From contig CAJINV010000005.1 of the NCBI GenBank assembly GCA_905178155.1, forward strand, positions 2,544,054 through 2,608,053: a stretch of DNA of 64,000 nt. The letters run 5' to 3'. Source of the stretch: Amoebophrya sp. A120. Its lineage: Eukaryota; Protista; Dinoflagellata. Positions 36,141 to 49,164 of this stretch are shown one piece after another (the stretch's first letter is position 1; every line of letters begins with the position of its first letter). A program made the translations under genes and the position numbers. Below the pieces are notes generated by a model that worked only from the letters and a program-made list of their open reading frames with translations, searched no databases and was not told the origin of the DNA.

Positions 36141-37607
36141 ATGGACCTCTCCCGCATTCGTGTTATCAGCTTGGACGTGACAGGCACCCTGCTCCGTCAC
36201 CGCCACCCGATTTTCGAAACCTACGCGCGGGCCCTCGCCTGGGCGAAGTTTCCGAGGCTGGCAACCCCTGAGGAATTGCGACCGGCGTTCAAAAAGGCCT
36301 ACAAGAAGACCTGTCTGGACCTTCCGTGCTTCGGCCACGCTGCTGCCTTGAGTTCCCGCGAGTGGTGGCGGAGATGCGTGGAAACCTGCCTCGCAGAGGT
36401 GGGAATGCGAAAAAATATCGACTATACGGTATCCTGTTGAAAAACGTTACCGCCCCAGAGTTCTTGTCATGCAGATTTGCGATTACCCCAAAAATGCGTG
36501 CATTTGCATTCCCAGTCGTGTTTTGGCATTTGTGATGCTGCAAACACGATGGACAGATGGATTGTAATGCGGTTGCCCTTGCTAACATGCACTACTCTAC
36601 GGAGAAGTGCAACTTGTCATGTGTGCTGGCTCCCAAAGCCAAAACTTTTGGATTTGTGTTGCTAAGTTCTCAACTTGACCAGGGGCTGCTGGGGACGTTT
36701 TTGCACATGATACACGGACGCCGAGTTCAACCGTTTCTTCCGCCGCGTGTACCAGCACTACGGCTCTGCGGACGGGTACGCGCACATGTCTGACGCCGTG
36801 CCGTTTCTAAAATGGGCTGCTGGGTGTGCGAGGGCAACATCAAAATTATCAAAGCGGCAAGATGAGCATGAGCAAGGGCCTGTACTAAACAGAAGTACAA
36901 CCAGGTCCTCCTCGTCTCCGGCGACGCAACTGCCGCACCAAGAAAGAGCCTACTACAAAAACCCGGCGTTCCTTCTCGGTGTGACAACGAATACACCAAA
37001 ACGGACGATGGAGAGCGTGCTGCCCGTCATGGGGTTGCACGAGTTTTTCCACTTTTTCGTCTGCAGCCAGGACGTCGGCGCGGAAAAGCCGGACTGCGGG
37101 ATTTACGAGGAAGCCGAGAACCAGATGAAGTTCTGGCTGGGACGAACCGTGAAACCAGAGGAAATATTGCACATCGGGAACAACGTCATTCCGGATTTTC
37201 TCGCGCCGGCCTTGAACCATCAGTGGAAAGCGCTGTATTTAGATCGTAGCGGGGATGCAAATGTGACGGTGTGCCAGGATTGGCTGGAATTCGAGAAGAA
37301 AGAAAACAGAAGAAACAAAGACTCGACATCTTCGCTTGGTGGAGGTGGTGCCGGAGTGAGAAGCGATGCACGCAGTTGCAGTGTGGATCAGCATGAGATT
37401 GAAAAACTGCTACCAGCGTGCACGGTAAAAAGCTTTGAGGAGGTGAAAGACCGACTTCTGCTGGTGGCCCAGCCAGAACTACTAGAAGGGGAAGTAGGAA
37501 ACGAAAAGAGTGGTCGCGCATTTTTTACGTCTGGTTTCCAACGTGATTTCATCATGGTGCGTTTGCTGCGGAAAAAAAAAGTGATGTATGCTGTTCTTGC
37601 CTGTTAG
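36141..37607 (+). CDS. HAD-superfamily hydrolase (HDHD3/REG-2-like)
   Basis: Motif I ISLDVTGTL, GVTTN, GAEKPD, ILHIGN; one introner (36430-36712) whose removal joins DYT-DAEFNRFFRRVYQHYG. Start and end approximate. Confidence 0.8.
36430..36712. mobile_element. Introner family A
   Basis: DR TACGG/CACGG. Confidence 0.85.
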
Positions 37608-38760
37608 AAAGTCAAAAGTACGCATCATACAACCCGACACGATGACTCGAAATTCCAGAGGGGTTTATTGCGCTAAAAAGGTTGCTAGTGCTACCCCGTC
37701 GTCGTCGTCGTCCTTGAGAGCAGAAAAAGATCATGACTCGTTGTGTGGTAAGAAACGCAAACGCTCGAAAATCATCACTACTAGCTCGACGTTAATAGTT
37801 TTCCTCGGGTTCTTCAATCGCCTACCATCAAAGTGAGGATTTTTTCGCCTAAAATGGAAAAAACAAATTAACGCGCGAGAATGAGAAACGCAAGTACTTA
37901 CTAAAAAACTAGACAAAGGGAAAGGACCACGTTCTAGAAAAACACGGTTGTTTGCACAAACAATTACGAGCGAGTCACTTACACAGAAGAGGAGGAGCCA
38001 CGACGTTCACGTTAGCAATAGGAATAGCACGACATCAAACCACCTATGACGATCCTCCCCTCGCCGGCACAGCACACGACCCAGCAAACAAGCCCCGGGC
38101 TGCTCAACCACAGCGGCGCACATAATCCTGCCGCTTACACACAGTTCGATGTGAAGACGCAGAAGCTCACGCCGGGCGGGATGTATGTGCTGACCCCGTA
38201 CGGACAGGGGGTTTTGGAATCTTGGAGTGGTGTGATGGTCACCGTGCGGCTAGCTTGTGGAGCGAGAATGAGCATTCAACGTAAGTTATTTGTTCTGTAT
38301 ACTGACGACCTCTTGTGTTCATGCAAACGATGAACAGGCAGATGCAGAATGAAGGTTAGGATTTTCTTATGCTTGATAACAGAACACCCGGAGTACGACT
38401 AGTAGAGCTAGTGACTGCTGCTCTTCTTCTTTGAAAATGAATTTCCAAAACACAATGCTCTCAGGTTCAAAAGTGCAATTTCACACCCAGCACGACCTCA
38501 ACTCCGGTGCGAATCAGCAGCTTCTGTCAAGTGCGCGAGCAGATCAGCGTCGATCTGATATGGACGTCGATATGACAAGCGAGCCGCGGAACACGTGCAA
38601 GCGCAGCATCTACGAGTGCAGTGAAACGGACAATTTTTCGGACGATCTTCTGCTCCAACCGCGGGGAACGAAACGGAGAATGTGAAAGGTTTCATCACCT
38701 GTGCAGGTTTCATCACCGTGCAGATTTCATCACCTGTTGCTGTACTTGCTAGAACGCAAA

Positions 38761-39500
38761 ATGCAGGGGGGCGGTCCAGTCGTGCTCGACGTCCCGAACC
38801 AGATCTGCAAGGCAGATGTTGGAACTGCAGGCGAAAATACAATGAAAATATTAACATCACAAAGGGAGCTTGAGGTTGATGCTGCGGCAGTCCTCGTCAA
38901 CACAATCAGAGAGCAAATGAATATGAGCGGGCTTTTCAATATGACCAGTTTACGAGTTTTTTGCCACGACAGCGAGTGTCTCGCAGGAGTGGACCTTGGT
39001 GGAACGTTTTTGCTTATACTAGTAAGTAAGTTGTTGGGCCAATAAATAACTCACCGCTAGTACAACAACACCAAGGTAGACCGAGCAACCGACTACACCG
39101 AGATCGACCCGATGAAATAGAATCAAGAATAGAGCTACTGTCTGTGTACATTGAATTTGAAGTAGTTGCTTTTACCGAGCAGGTTGATGTCGTTGACAAG
39201 TAGTACTTGTTAAGGATAAGGAGGAGGCCCGGTAAAATTTATAGCTACGATTAATTATTTAAATCACTCGAACTCTGGGAACAACCTTTGATGAACTGTT
39301 TACCCTTTCGAAGAAGATTGGCGAGATAGTGGAAGCGCCCTTCGAAGAAACTTTTCATCTTCATACAAATTTTGCCGAAGCTATGCATTACGACGAGCCA
39401 GACGCACCATTTGTAATTGGTGCCGCTGCACCACGCGCGGTCGGGATTTGTGACCCCAGGCTTGATACAGTTGACGTCAACGCTCATTGTTACAGGACAG
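38761..39500 (+). CDS. Possible small hypothetical protein (2+ exons)
   Basis: Protein-like ORF segments 38761-~39021 (ending at GTAAGT) and 39329-~39500; family not recognised. Confidence 0.25.
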
Positions 39501-40159
39501 CATCGCTTCCGGCACAGAGCAGATCAATGTCAATACGTCGGGGAAATAGTACTCACTGCAGCAAGGCAAGCCAAAGATTGTGATCATCATCGAGCGGGTG
39601 CTGCTCTTCAACGCTCTGTTGCGCCGTTTATTGCGTTTCGGAAGTGGTGTACTAGCAGGGAGTTAGACGAGTCAGTTGCATATGCATCGATATTGAACCT
39701 GATCGAAGCATCATCTGGTGGTTGTCGTCTTTTTTCAGTGTGTCTTTTTTTCCGCAGGAGGGGCGGGCGAGTATTGCACAAAGTTGTCGTGAGCACAAGG
39801 TCATCAGGCTAAGTCTCTGCTATGATGTAGTTGAAGTTGTATTTTTCTCTTTTACGTAGGTAATCAAATCACTTCCGTTTTCACTTGTTTCTGTTTGCTC
39901 TTCCTGCATTGTGAAAACTTTCAACGATGGGTCGTCGATTTTCCTTGACGAGAATGTGAAACTGAAGAAGAAGAGGAGCTCCACAATCGACAGTCGAACG
40001 TGGAGCAGAGCTCTTTCTGACGTCAAACCGCCATTCTACTGCCAAAGACCAATAAAAAGCTCTACCTCCATGTCCATTCTACGTGCCAGTATCGTGTGGC
40101 ATCTTGTTTGCCGAATAAAACGGGGGCCGCGCTCTCGGTAAAATGGGATCGTTTCGCAG

Positions 40160-43100
40160 ATGGAACAACAACAGGGGATGGAGGACCCACCACGGAATTC
40201 GAATTCTGCAGGAGCTCCACCCACTTCGCAAATGAGTATGGTTTCTTCAATTTCGGCCGGAGTAGTGCACCCTGCAGATGCAGCTGTGCCCTGCCCGTCG
40301 TCTACGTCCGCTGGGCCGTCACAGCCAGTGCTAGTACCGCAGGCCAGATTGCCACTGTCCCAGCGCGAAGTACAAACTACAGTATGGAGTGGGAAATGCG
40401 ACAGCTACCCTAGTTGTACTTGTCACCCCGCAGAGTACAACGGCGCGTGCGCTGCGTGCGGTGTGCAGATTCAGCCTGGTCAGTGCATTTTCAAGACAAC
40501 CGGCTGGCGGCATCGGGTATGCCCCCACCAGCATGGCCAGGGGATGCCCGCAATCCGGCGGGACTTCATTCCTTTAGCTGTGGCGGCGAGCTGCGGGCCG
40601 CTTGCCATTGAGTTCGCGCAAGCAGTGGCAGAGGAAGGCGAAGCGCAGCAAGCAGGATCCGGGCGGACAGCTTTCCCCGTGGCGCAAGACGAGGAGGGAG
40701 GTGCTAACGCCCAGCGACGCCCCCAAACGATGCCGAGCCCGACGCCGAGCAGCTGGATAGGCGGACTGCACAGGAGTCCGCCGCCGGTGAAGAACCCTGC
40801 CCGCATGGCGTCAGACCCAGTCTCCACGGCGCACGTTTCGGCGCCCGTTGTGCCGCCAGATGCAAGTCTAGCACAAAGCCCTCCTCAGAAGCTGGCGTCG
40901 CAAATGAGCCACTTCTCCTCCGTCAGCGACAATCACAATTGCAGTCAGGCTCAACTACAAGGCAGCCAAAGCAGTTCCGCCTATCGACCGACACAAAAAG
41001 ACAAGCCTGAGAACGCACGACCGCGCAGTCGCAGTCCACGCCGGGAGCAGCAGGGTGGAAAGCAAAAGCAAAACAGGGGAGCTAAGCGGGGCCCAGACCC
41101 GACGCCTGAGCAGCGAGATTTTATGGATTTCGACGCAGGCGGACAATCGCTGATACTACGAGGAAACGCACGCGCGGGGGCGGGAAAAACGACGATGTGC
41201 GCGCTGATTTGCGATCGGCTAAAGGAGTTTTTCGAAGCGAGGGGACAGCCTCTAAAGATACTCTACCTTGTCTTCGGGAAAGCGAATTGCGAGGACGCAA
41301 AGCAGAGCCTGAAGTTCGACGCCGCGGTGGTCGATATCGCGACGACGCATGCTTTTGCGAAGGCCAGGGTGTTTCCGCAGGGAAAGCCGATCCAGTCCTG
41401 GGACGCAGCCGATGTGGCCCGGAAGCTAAATCTTGAGGCCAAACTCTACAGCGAGCTGAAAATGGTTCGCGACCGCCTGCTCGAGAAAATTAGAAGAAAC
41501 GCCATGTCCATGAGCGAGGACGGTGGCGGCGGTGGGGAAGATAAGATCACGGCGGAATCCATCGCGGGCGTGATGGAGCCCCGAAGGACTTTCCTGTTTG
41601 CAGTCAAGGCGGGCGCGCGAATGATCATACGCGCTGTCGAGAACTTCCAGTCCTCCAGAGACGCGGCCGTGCACGCTCGCCACGTCGCCTCCAAGGAATT
41701 TTTCAAGAAAAAGTGGGCAAAGGCGCTCGGTGAGCAATGGTGGGCGCAGTTCGCGAAGGAGTTGTGGGAGCGGGCATCCTCCTCAGTGGGCGACGTTGGT
41801 GTCACCCACGACTGCTACCTCAAGTGGTTCCAGATTTCGCAGACAAAAAGCCCGGCGCTAAGCAGGGCGGCCAACAGTCTTCAGCAGCAGGCGCAGCGTT
41901 GTCCGAGCCACCCAGAGCAGCGCCTGACGTTGCGCAGCGGACCAGGAGGGCACAGCTTCTATGGCTGCAGCAAGACGGACGACCGGGGGCATTTCGCCTG
42001 CAATTACAAAAAGCCAGCGGACGGGTACGACGTCATCATCATGGATGAGGGCCAGGATTGTATTCTGTGCAAAAACATCAAGTGAAGGCTTCACGCCACT
42101 CCAACTGCAATTGCGAGCGCTTGGCATGACACCTTTGTATACATTGACGTACCCAGCAAATGCAAATTGTAGAGCACGATCGACGCAAGAAGAGCATCAC
42201 CCTACGATCTGCTTGTGCAGCGACGCGAGCGGTGCTGCCGTGCCTTTCGCCGTTATGTACGCGTGAATGTTGTAGTCGGTGCTTCTAGTTCTACTGCACG
42301 ATGCCGATGTTTGCCTTGCATATGCTTGACGCCCTGTCAATTCGAGGCTTTCGTCCTGGCCGAGCCCCGCACCCTTCGGTATGTCGTCGGCGATGTGTAC
42401 CAACGAATTTTTGGATTCCGTGGCGCGAAAGATGACTTCGAGAAGTGCCCGAACGTTTTCCGCGATTTCGACCTGACTGCGTCATTTCGGTACGGGCGGA
42501 CCATTGCGGAGGCCGCGCAGCGCGTGCTCGGGACCTTGAGGAACTGTGGAACCGACGGGCAAACAAGAACCTTCCCGAGCTTAGTCGGCGCCGCGGCTGA
42601 AGACGGGTCGGAGCGGGTCGCCCCGGTGTCGGAGCTGGATTACCTGGAAACCAGGGAGCAGGTTGCGATACTCTGCAAGTCCAACAAGGGCATAGCGGAC
42701 GCGTTGCTGGCGGTGCTCAAAACTGCGAAGGCGCGCGGCCAGGAGATGCCCCGATGGAAGTATCTCGTCTCCGGGCCGAGCCTGAAGCCGGAGCGTTTTG
42801 CGAAATTGGTGGCGCTGTACAAGCAAGAACCCGGTGCGAAGGTCGAGTACGAGGGCGTGGTCTTCGAAGATTGGCAGGAGCTGTCTAGCGAGGTCGAGGA
42901 GAGCGGCAGTCCGGACTGGCTTACCCGCGTGGGGCTGGTTGAGGACAATGATGGCGATGTATTGGAGCTGTTCCAGGAGTTGGAAGCGGCGCATGTTGCT
43001 GCAAAAGATCAGACGGCAAATTGGAAAATTTGTCTTTCGACCGTGCACAAGGCCAAGGGCCTCGAATCTATGTTGGAACAAAAGTTTTGGGTCTTGCTTC

Positions 43101-44006
43101 AATGCCTGGTTGCGCTGTTTGAGATTGAGGCTATATACCAGTCTATAGAACAAAGAAGAAGAACAAGAAGCTCTGTGCATGGGCGTCGCCCGTTTCCAGT
43201 AATCGAGCCGTGTGTTGATCTCGTCCTGGAACACAACAAGATGACGCCGATATTAGTAGCCTGATAATTCATCACCATCGATTGATGCAAGTGCAATCCA
43301 AAACTTAGTGGCAATAACTGTTGAACATGCGGTAATCATAGGGAATGACTTCAAGACAATCAAGCTTCCGGAGTATGCGCGCTTGTTGTACATCGCGATT
43401 ACACGCGCGCGCCGGCGCTGCTACTTTTCGGAAAACCCGTGGAACCTGTTGGAAGGTCTGGGACAGAAGCCAGCATCTGGGACACCAGCCGCGGACGGCA
43501 CTTTTGACTCCACCCCTGCTGGAGATCATCGGGTCGAGCTGCCGCCGTCGCTCGAAATTTCGGAGCAGGAGTGGGCCGAGTACGAAAACACTTTCGACGC
43601 GTGGCAAAAGGAAACCGCGAGCAACGGGTATGTTTCTTCTCCCTGTCCCCTTCCACCGCAGCGGAAACACACGATAGAGAAGAGCGGGCAGGTGCGAAGC
43701 AATTATGAGTTCTTCTTTGTTTTCGACGAGAGGGAGATATCATGGGACGACCAGTTAGACCGTTTAGGGGAGCTGATCAAGCGGTATCACCCGGACAAGC
43801 TGTGCAGACTCATCGGAGTGACCTGCAGGAGCTTGCTCCTTACCAAGAACCAACCACCCGCCGGCAATAACCCCTTCGCGCAGCGAGTGACGCACGTGAT
43901 CACCGAAGAGACGATGAATAGGATAACCGAAGGCGCCGTGGCCAGTAGGAGGCAAATCAACGGGCTGCGGATGACCGATTCCAGAGGTGAGGAGGAGGAA
44001 GGCTGA
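40160..44006 (+). CDS. SF1A UvrD/FBH1-like DNA helicase with Zn-finger modules
   Basis: Q motif PTPEQ, Walker A ARAGAGKTT, YLVF, TTHAFA, motif II DEGQD, VGDVYQRIFGFRGA, LTASFRYG, STVHKAKGLE, LLYIAITRARR; two introners (42061-42322, 43069-43316). Confidence 0.88.
42061..42322. mobile_element. Old introner in helicase motif II
   Basis: TA ends; DR decayed; 4+1 join gives DEGQDLTPCQ. Confidence 0.7.
43069..43316. mobile_element. Old introner in helicase motif V
   Basis: Residual IR AAGTTTTGG/CCAAAACTT; 4+1 join gives KGLEFEH. Confidence 0.7.
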
Positions 44007-45107
44007 GTAGCGATGTTGCCCGATTCCAGCCAGTAGATTCTTCAGTCGGAAGATGCAGCAGCTCCAGTGTGGCCTGCTTCAGGAGCAGACTTCGGTCCGC
44101 GATCAGTGCCAGTGAATGATGATCATCCTTTTATTTCGTCCGCCTTTTGTTCCTCGCTGGTTGAGTCACCGCGTACTTCTGAATGTTGAATGATAATCGG
44201 TCAATTGTCAAACGATCAGGAGAAAAAGACGACAAGATTACGTGCCACTGGAGGACTGCTGTCGATTCCGACCGCTTTTGTCGCGGTGGAACACTAGTAG
44301 TTCTCGCTGGAGTATGGTGTGTATTCGAAATCAAATAAGTGTTTTGAAGGAGCTTTGTGTTCGCGCAGCAGGTATCAGTCTTTCCGTATCGGTGGGCAAG
44401 TTTTCTGTGGTATTTCGATATTTCTTGAACTATGCCTTCAGCACTAGGCCTTGTCGGAGGTGACATTTCTTTGACATCCACTACAGCTGGTACACCATCA
44501 TGGTCCGTCGCCGTCCTTTTCCCGAGTCCTCGGTTTCGGTCACATCGTACTCGCGTTTCGAAAAAAAAGTAAAAAAGTCTGCACGAGGACATACAGGCCT
44601 CTTGATCTCTGTCACACTACCCCCGAAACCCGTCCAAGTGAGTATATCCTTGACCACGGTATTTATTCCTACTGAGGTTCATCTCTACACGCACCTTCCC
44701 CTTGTGCAGGCTGGTCGTAGATTCTTTCGTGTTTGGTTTTTGTCAACTTCTACCACCCAGGTATACTGTTACGTAGAAATGTGAAAGCGGCCTTATATAT
44801 CATTTACGATTTGCATTTGGCTCTGCGGAACTTGTGTTTGATCGTTGAGCAGTCGCAGAAGTCGCCGTCGTGTCACTATCAGTCTGAAGCTGAACGCCAC
44901 ATTTTTAATCGTCTAGCTACATCTGTAATTTAACACACCACCTGTAGCTGCTCTCTGTGGAGACAGATAGCAGGTGTACGTCATATTCTGCTTTAATCGC
45001 ATTTCCGATTCAGTATATGCAATCAATATTCACAACATTGATGCTGACGCATCGTGTGGTTTTTAATCTTTACGAGTTCACGAACTGAAAGTCGGGGAAA
45101 AGGAAAG

Positions 45108-48100
45108 ATGGCTTCTGTAGCTGTCCAGCTGCACTTTCTGCTTGCGCTACTGGCTCTCTATCGCCTTGGTGCAGCAGCCACTACTAGTACCGCCACTCCC
45201 TGTACTCGACCTCTTGCCAATTCCGCAACCATTCCCGGGTTCTGCGCCCAGGTTTTCGCGGATAATCTGGACAAAGCCCGAGGTTTGTTCATCACGGAGA
45301 ACAACCACATTCTACTGATCGAACGCGGTATATGGGAGTGTCTGGATTGAAGTCGTCAAAGTTGAAATGATTTCTCATACATAAAATGCGACGCAGAAAG
45401 TGACTCCATTGCAGAGGCCGCACGGGAGACAGATTATAGCCCTGCTAAGGGTCAAAAGTTGGACTGCTGACTAGCATGACAGAAGGTAGCTCTTTTGCCC
45501 TAAACCGCAAGACAGACTCGCTTCCAGGACGGGGGAAATTTGTCATGCGCCGACTACAAACTGTAGGTCTAACACTAACTGGCATCGATTTTATGCATCG
45601 CAAATTATTTCAACTACTCTGGCGGTTTCGATCCTGACACTTCCATACGGCAACGGGAAGTCGCAGGTGACAGCCCTCTTCGACGACGACAACGATTTCA
45701 TTGCGGAAACCAGAGTCACCCTCGCGTCCACGACAGATCTCGGCGGCGCGACGGACCGAAACTACATGCTCCACCACGGGCTCGCCGTGAAAGACAATTA
45801 CCTGTACGCCTCTAGCTCCGCCTTCGTGTACCGGTGGCCCTATACCGACGGACAGCGGACGGAAATTCCGCCCTCCAGTCGGGAAATCGTCGTGAAAAAC
45901 ATCAACGCGGACGGGCAGGGCGGCGCGCCGTTGGGGCACTGGACCCGGACCCTGGTGTTTTCCGAGGATGGGTACTTGTACGTGTCCGTGGGGTCCAACG
46001 GGAACGTCGACGCCGATTCGTATCGCAGCAGAATCCGGAGGTTCCCCTCGAAGTTTGACGCGAATGGAAACGCAGTACCTCTTGTCCCTGGAACATCGAA
46101 GCCGATGGACGCACTCCCCGCTGGCTATGAAAGCCACAGAAAAATGGAAATTCTTAAAGTGGAAATAATTTGTGATGCATGAAATGCGACACCAAGAAGA
46201 CTGTGCTGCAGAGAACGCAATGGAGGCCGACAATTGATGTGCTACGGGTTCACAATTGGACTGCTCATTAGCACGAGAGAAGGGCACCCCTTTGCCCTAA
46301 CTAGCATGACAGACACGCTTTGAGTGCCCGGTAAATTTGTCATGCGCCGACTAGAAACGGCGCTTCGACTGGAGTCGTTTTTTTGCATCGCAAATTATTT
46401 CCACTTGTTTGAGGATCTCCATTCTGAGGCTTTCATACTGGCGGGTGGGATTTCACCTCAGCGGAGGTTTTCGCAGACGGCCTGCGGAACGAGGTTGGGT
46501 TAACAGAATGAAAAATGCCCCCTCCCCATATCGAAAAGATAAGTTGTGATGCTGTTTTTTGACCACAAATCGACCTGCATTGCTAGAAGGCCAAGAGACG
46601 CAGCTGTTCCCTCGTTTGCAGGCAATTTGTCACGCTGTTTCCCGTGTCCAGTACCAGTTGGGTTGCTTCCTGTCATGCTGAAGACGCAAGGCTTTCCCGC
46701 GCCAGCTAGCACTACAATCCGCATCTCTTCCCTCTTAGCATGACAAAGCTGATCTGTGGCCACAAATCTGCATCACAGATTTCCGCTTTGATATGGGGAG
46801 GGGGGGCTTTTCTTCTTGATGCGGGTTGGCGTTCGACCAAGACGAAGTGCTGTATGGGGTGGAGAATATGCATTGCAAAAGTATCGTACTAGTAGTAATT
46901 CATTGCATTACAAATTTGCTTAGAGCATTACAAATGAAATTCGTAATGCTGTTTTATCTTAGACAGGAGATTTGTCATGCATAAAGAGCAATTACTAGGA
47001 GTACGATACTTTTGCAGAGCATAGAGAACTCCGCCGACCAATTGGTCCGGGCGGACCTCGGTGGGGACATCCACAATGAGAATCCTTACGCATTGCAAAA
47101 AAATCGTACTAGTAGAAATCGCATGACAAATTCCCTCAGCTTGAAAAATGGAATCTGTAATGCTGTTATAGCTTACGAAGTCGATTTGTCATGCATAAAA
47201 CCGGAATTAGTACGCGTGCGATTATACTTTTGCAATGCATAATCCGGGGGAGGAGTTGAACCGGTTCCCGGAAAAGGGCTCCGACCCGTCCGTCGACGGG
47301 AAAAATCGCCACTACGGCTATCCGTACTGCTTTACGGAGTACAAAATCCCCGCGGTCATGTCCCAGCCGGCCGGGACAACCAGAGGAAGGGTTTTCGCCT
47401 GGCCGTCGTTCATGCCGACTTATACGGATTCTTGGTGCAGGCAAAACACCGTGCCACCACACGTGGCGTTGCAAGCACACTCCGCGCCTCTGGGAGTGAC
47501 GTTTTTACGGAGGAAAGATCTGGATGCGAACATTGACAGCGTGCAGCAGCAGCAAGTGAATCCTCAAAATCCTCTTCCACCTCAGCAGAATTACGGCTTG
47601 CCGCTATCTGTTTTCGAGCACGACGCCTTTATCGCGTACCACGGGTCCTGGAACCGAGATGCGCCCACGGGGTACAAAGTGGTGTGGCAGAAATTCGACA
47701 AGACGACGAAGTTGCCGAAGAAGACCCACACGCTTTCCGTGAATTCGGCCGACGAGCCTGTGGATTTGCTGTGGCGCGACAATCCGGTTAGCAACGGCTG
47801 GAAGTGGCCGAACGGGTACCGACCTGTGGATGTGAAGTTTGACCGATTTGCGCGGCTCTTCGTGACTAGTGACGGGACGACGAATGTGAATGGGGGGAGC
47901 AATCTGGTCGTGTTACTGTATTATGGAAATGATACCACTACAATTGGAGCTACAATTTCTTCGAGTTCGGGTGTTGATGTTGCAGCTAGTAGTGTACAGA
48001 ATGATCCTGGCTCGTCGTCGTCGCCGCAGATAAGTAGTGCGCGGGGTGGTCTTCGTTCATCTCGTGCAGGGGATGGCTGGACCGTGGCCTGGTCTTCACA

Positions 48101-48206
48101 TCTGTTGGTCCTCATGTTGATGACGACCAACTACATGGCCTGTACCCTCCTTTTTCCAACTTCATTGAGTGGAAATGCTTGGGGCGATAGGGATAGAAGT
48201 CTCTGA
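45108..48206 (+). CDS. Secreted glucose/sorbosone dehydrogenase-family beta-propeller protein (PQQ-dependent type)
   Basis: Signal peptide; HWTRTL, LYVSVGSNGNVD, FADGLRNEVGLAFD, DIHNENPGEELN, YGYPYC, AHSAPLG, AYHGSWNR, RPVDVKFD, LFVTSD; hydrophobic C-terminus; 5 introners. Confidence 0.88.
45331..45647. mobile_element. Introner family C2
   Basis: DR CGGTA/CGGCA. Confidence 0.88.
46126..46437. mobile_element. Introner family C
   Basis: DR CTGGC/CTGGC. Confidence 0.92.
46501..46821. mobile_element. Introner family F
   Basis: DR TGGGT/CGGGT; restores NEVGLAFD. Confidence 0.85.
46867..47023. mobile_element. Introner family D
   Basis: DR GAGAA/GAGAA. Confidence 0.9.
47087..47241. mobile_element. 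Introner family D
   Basis: DR ATCCT/ATCCG; restores NENPGEELN. Confidence 0.9.
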
Positions 48207-49164
48207 ATGATCGACGCTGGTGCAAAACGCGCATACACTTTGACTTTTCGATGGAAGATGCAACGAATTCCAAATTATAAATCCTCGAGAGATCCGAAAA
48301 TCAAAATCTGCAAATGGCAGAGTGGGAATGCACAGGTCGTCGAAGCGGCACGATGATCTCGATCCTGAAGAAAGCCTTTTTTTCTCGGTCGACTAGCAAA
48401 TGGGTCAGTCTGAATAATTCGCCGTTCAGTGCATTCGCAGCGCTCCCGCTCGGTCACAGACGAGAAGTCGGCTTGATTCTGCGCAAAAGTTGCTGATTTG
48501 TCTTTCCGCGTGCGAGTGGTCGTGAAAATTAGATCATAGAATGATCGTACGACAACAAAAAATCGTTTTCTGATCCGCGTCCGCATGATCTTGGTCGCAC
48601 AGTAGAGATCGGTGACGTTTTCATGACCATGATCTATCGTGTGTTGAAATCTAAATGATGATGATCATTTATTGACGGATTTCCAGATTTCTTTGTTGGG
48701 ACTCATCTAGTCGTGCTGTTGAAGACAAAGCCAGGAGGTTGTATCAATTGTCGGCATATTCCTATGTATTATCTGATGAACATTTGATCGGTTCTCCTGT
48801 CGTGTAATCGAGATCGTTGTAGCACCCATCGGAAGTATACATAAACATAGGAGCAGAAAGTTCAAGTTGAGGCTGTAGAAGTAAAATTACTACAAGAAAT
48901 TTGTTTTATAGCAGAACAATGTCTACACGCATAGTAAGTTTCTTAGCTGAAGGCCGGTACGTGAAGATGAACATCTACTTGTTTTTTAGTTATTTCTAGA
49001 TTGGGTTCTTGAAGTTTGGTGTTCAATACAAGGGCCAGCACGTAGTATTAGTAAGTACTTACAGTTACAGCACAGCAAAGCAACATAGGAAATTTTCCGC
49101 AAAGTAAACGACTCGTATTGAGCACCTGAAGTACTAGTAGCACATCACATCGAGGAAACTCATC

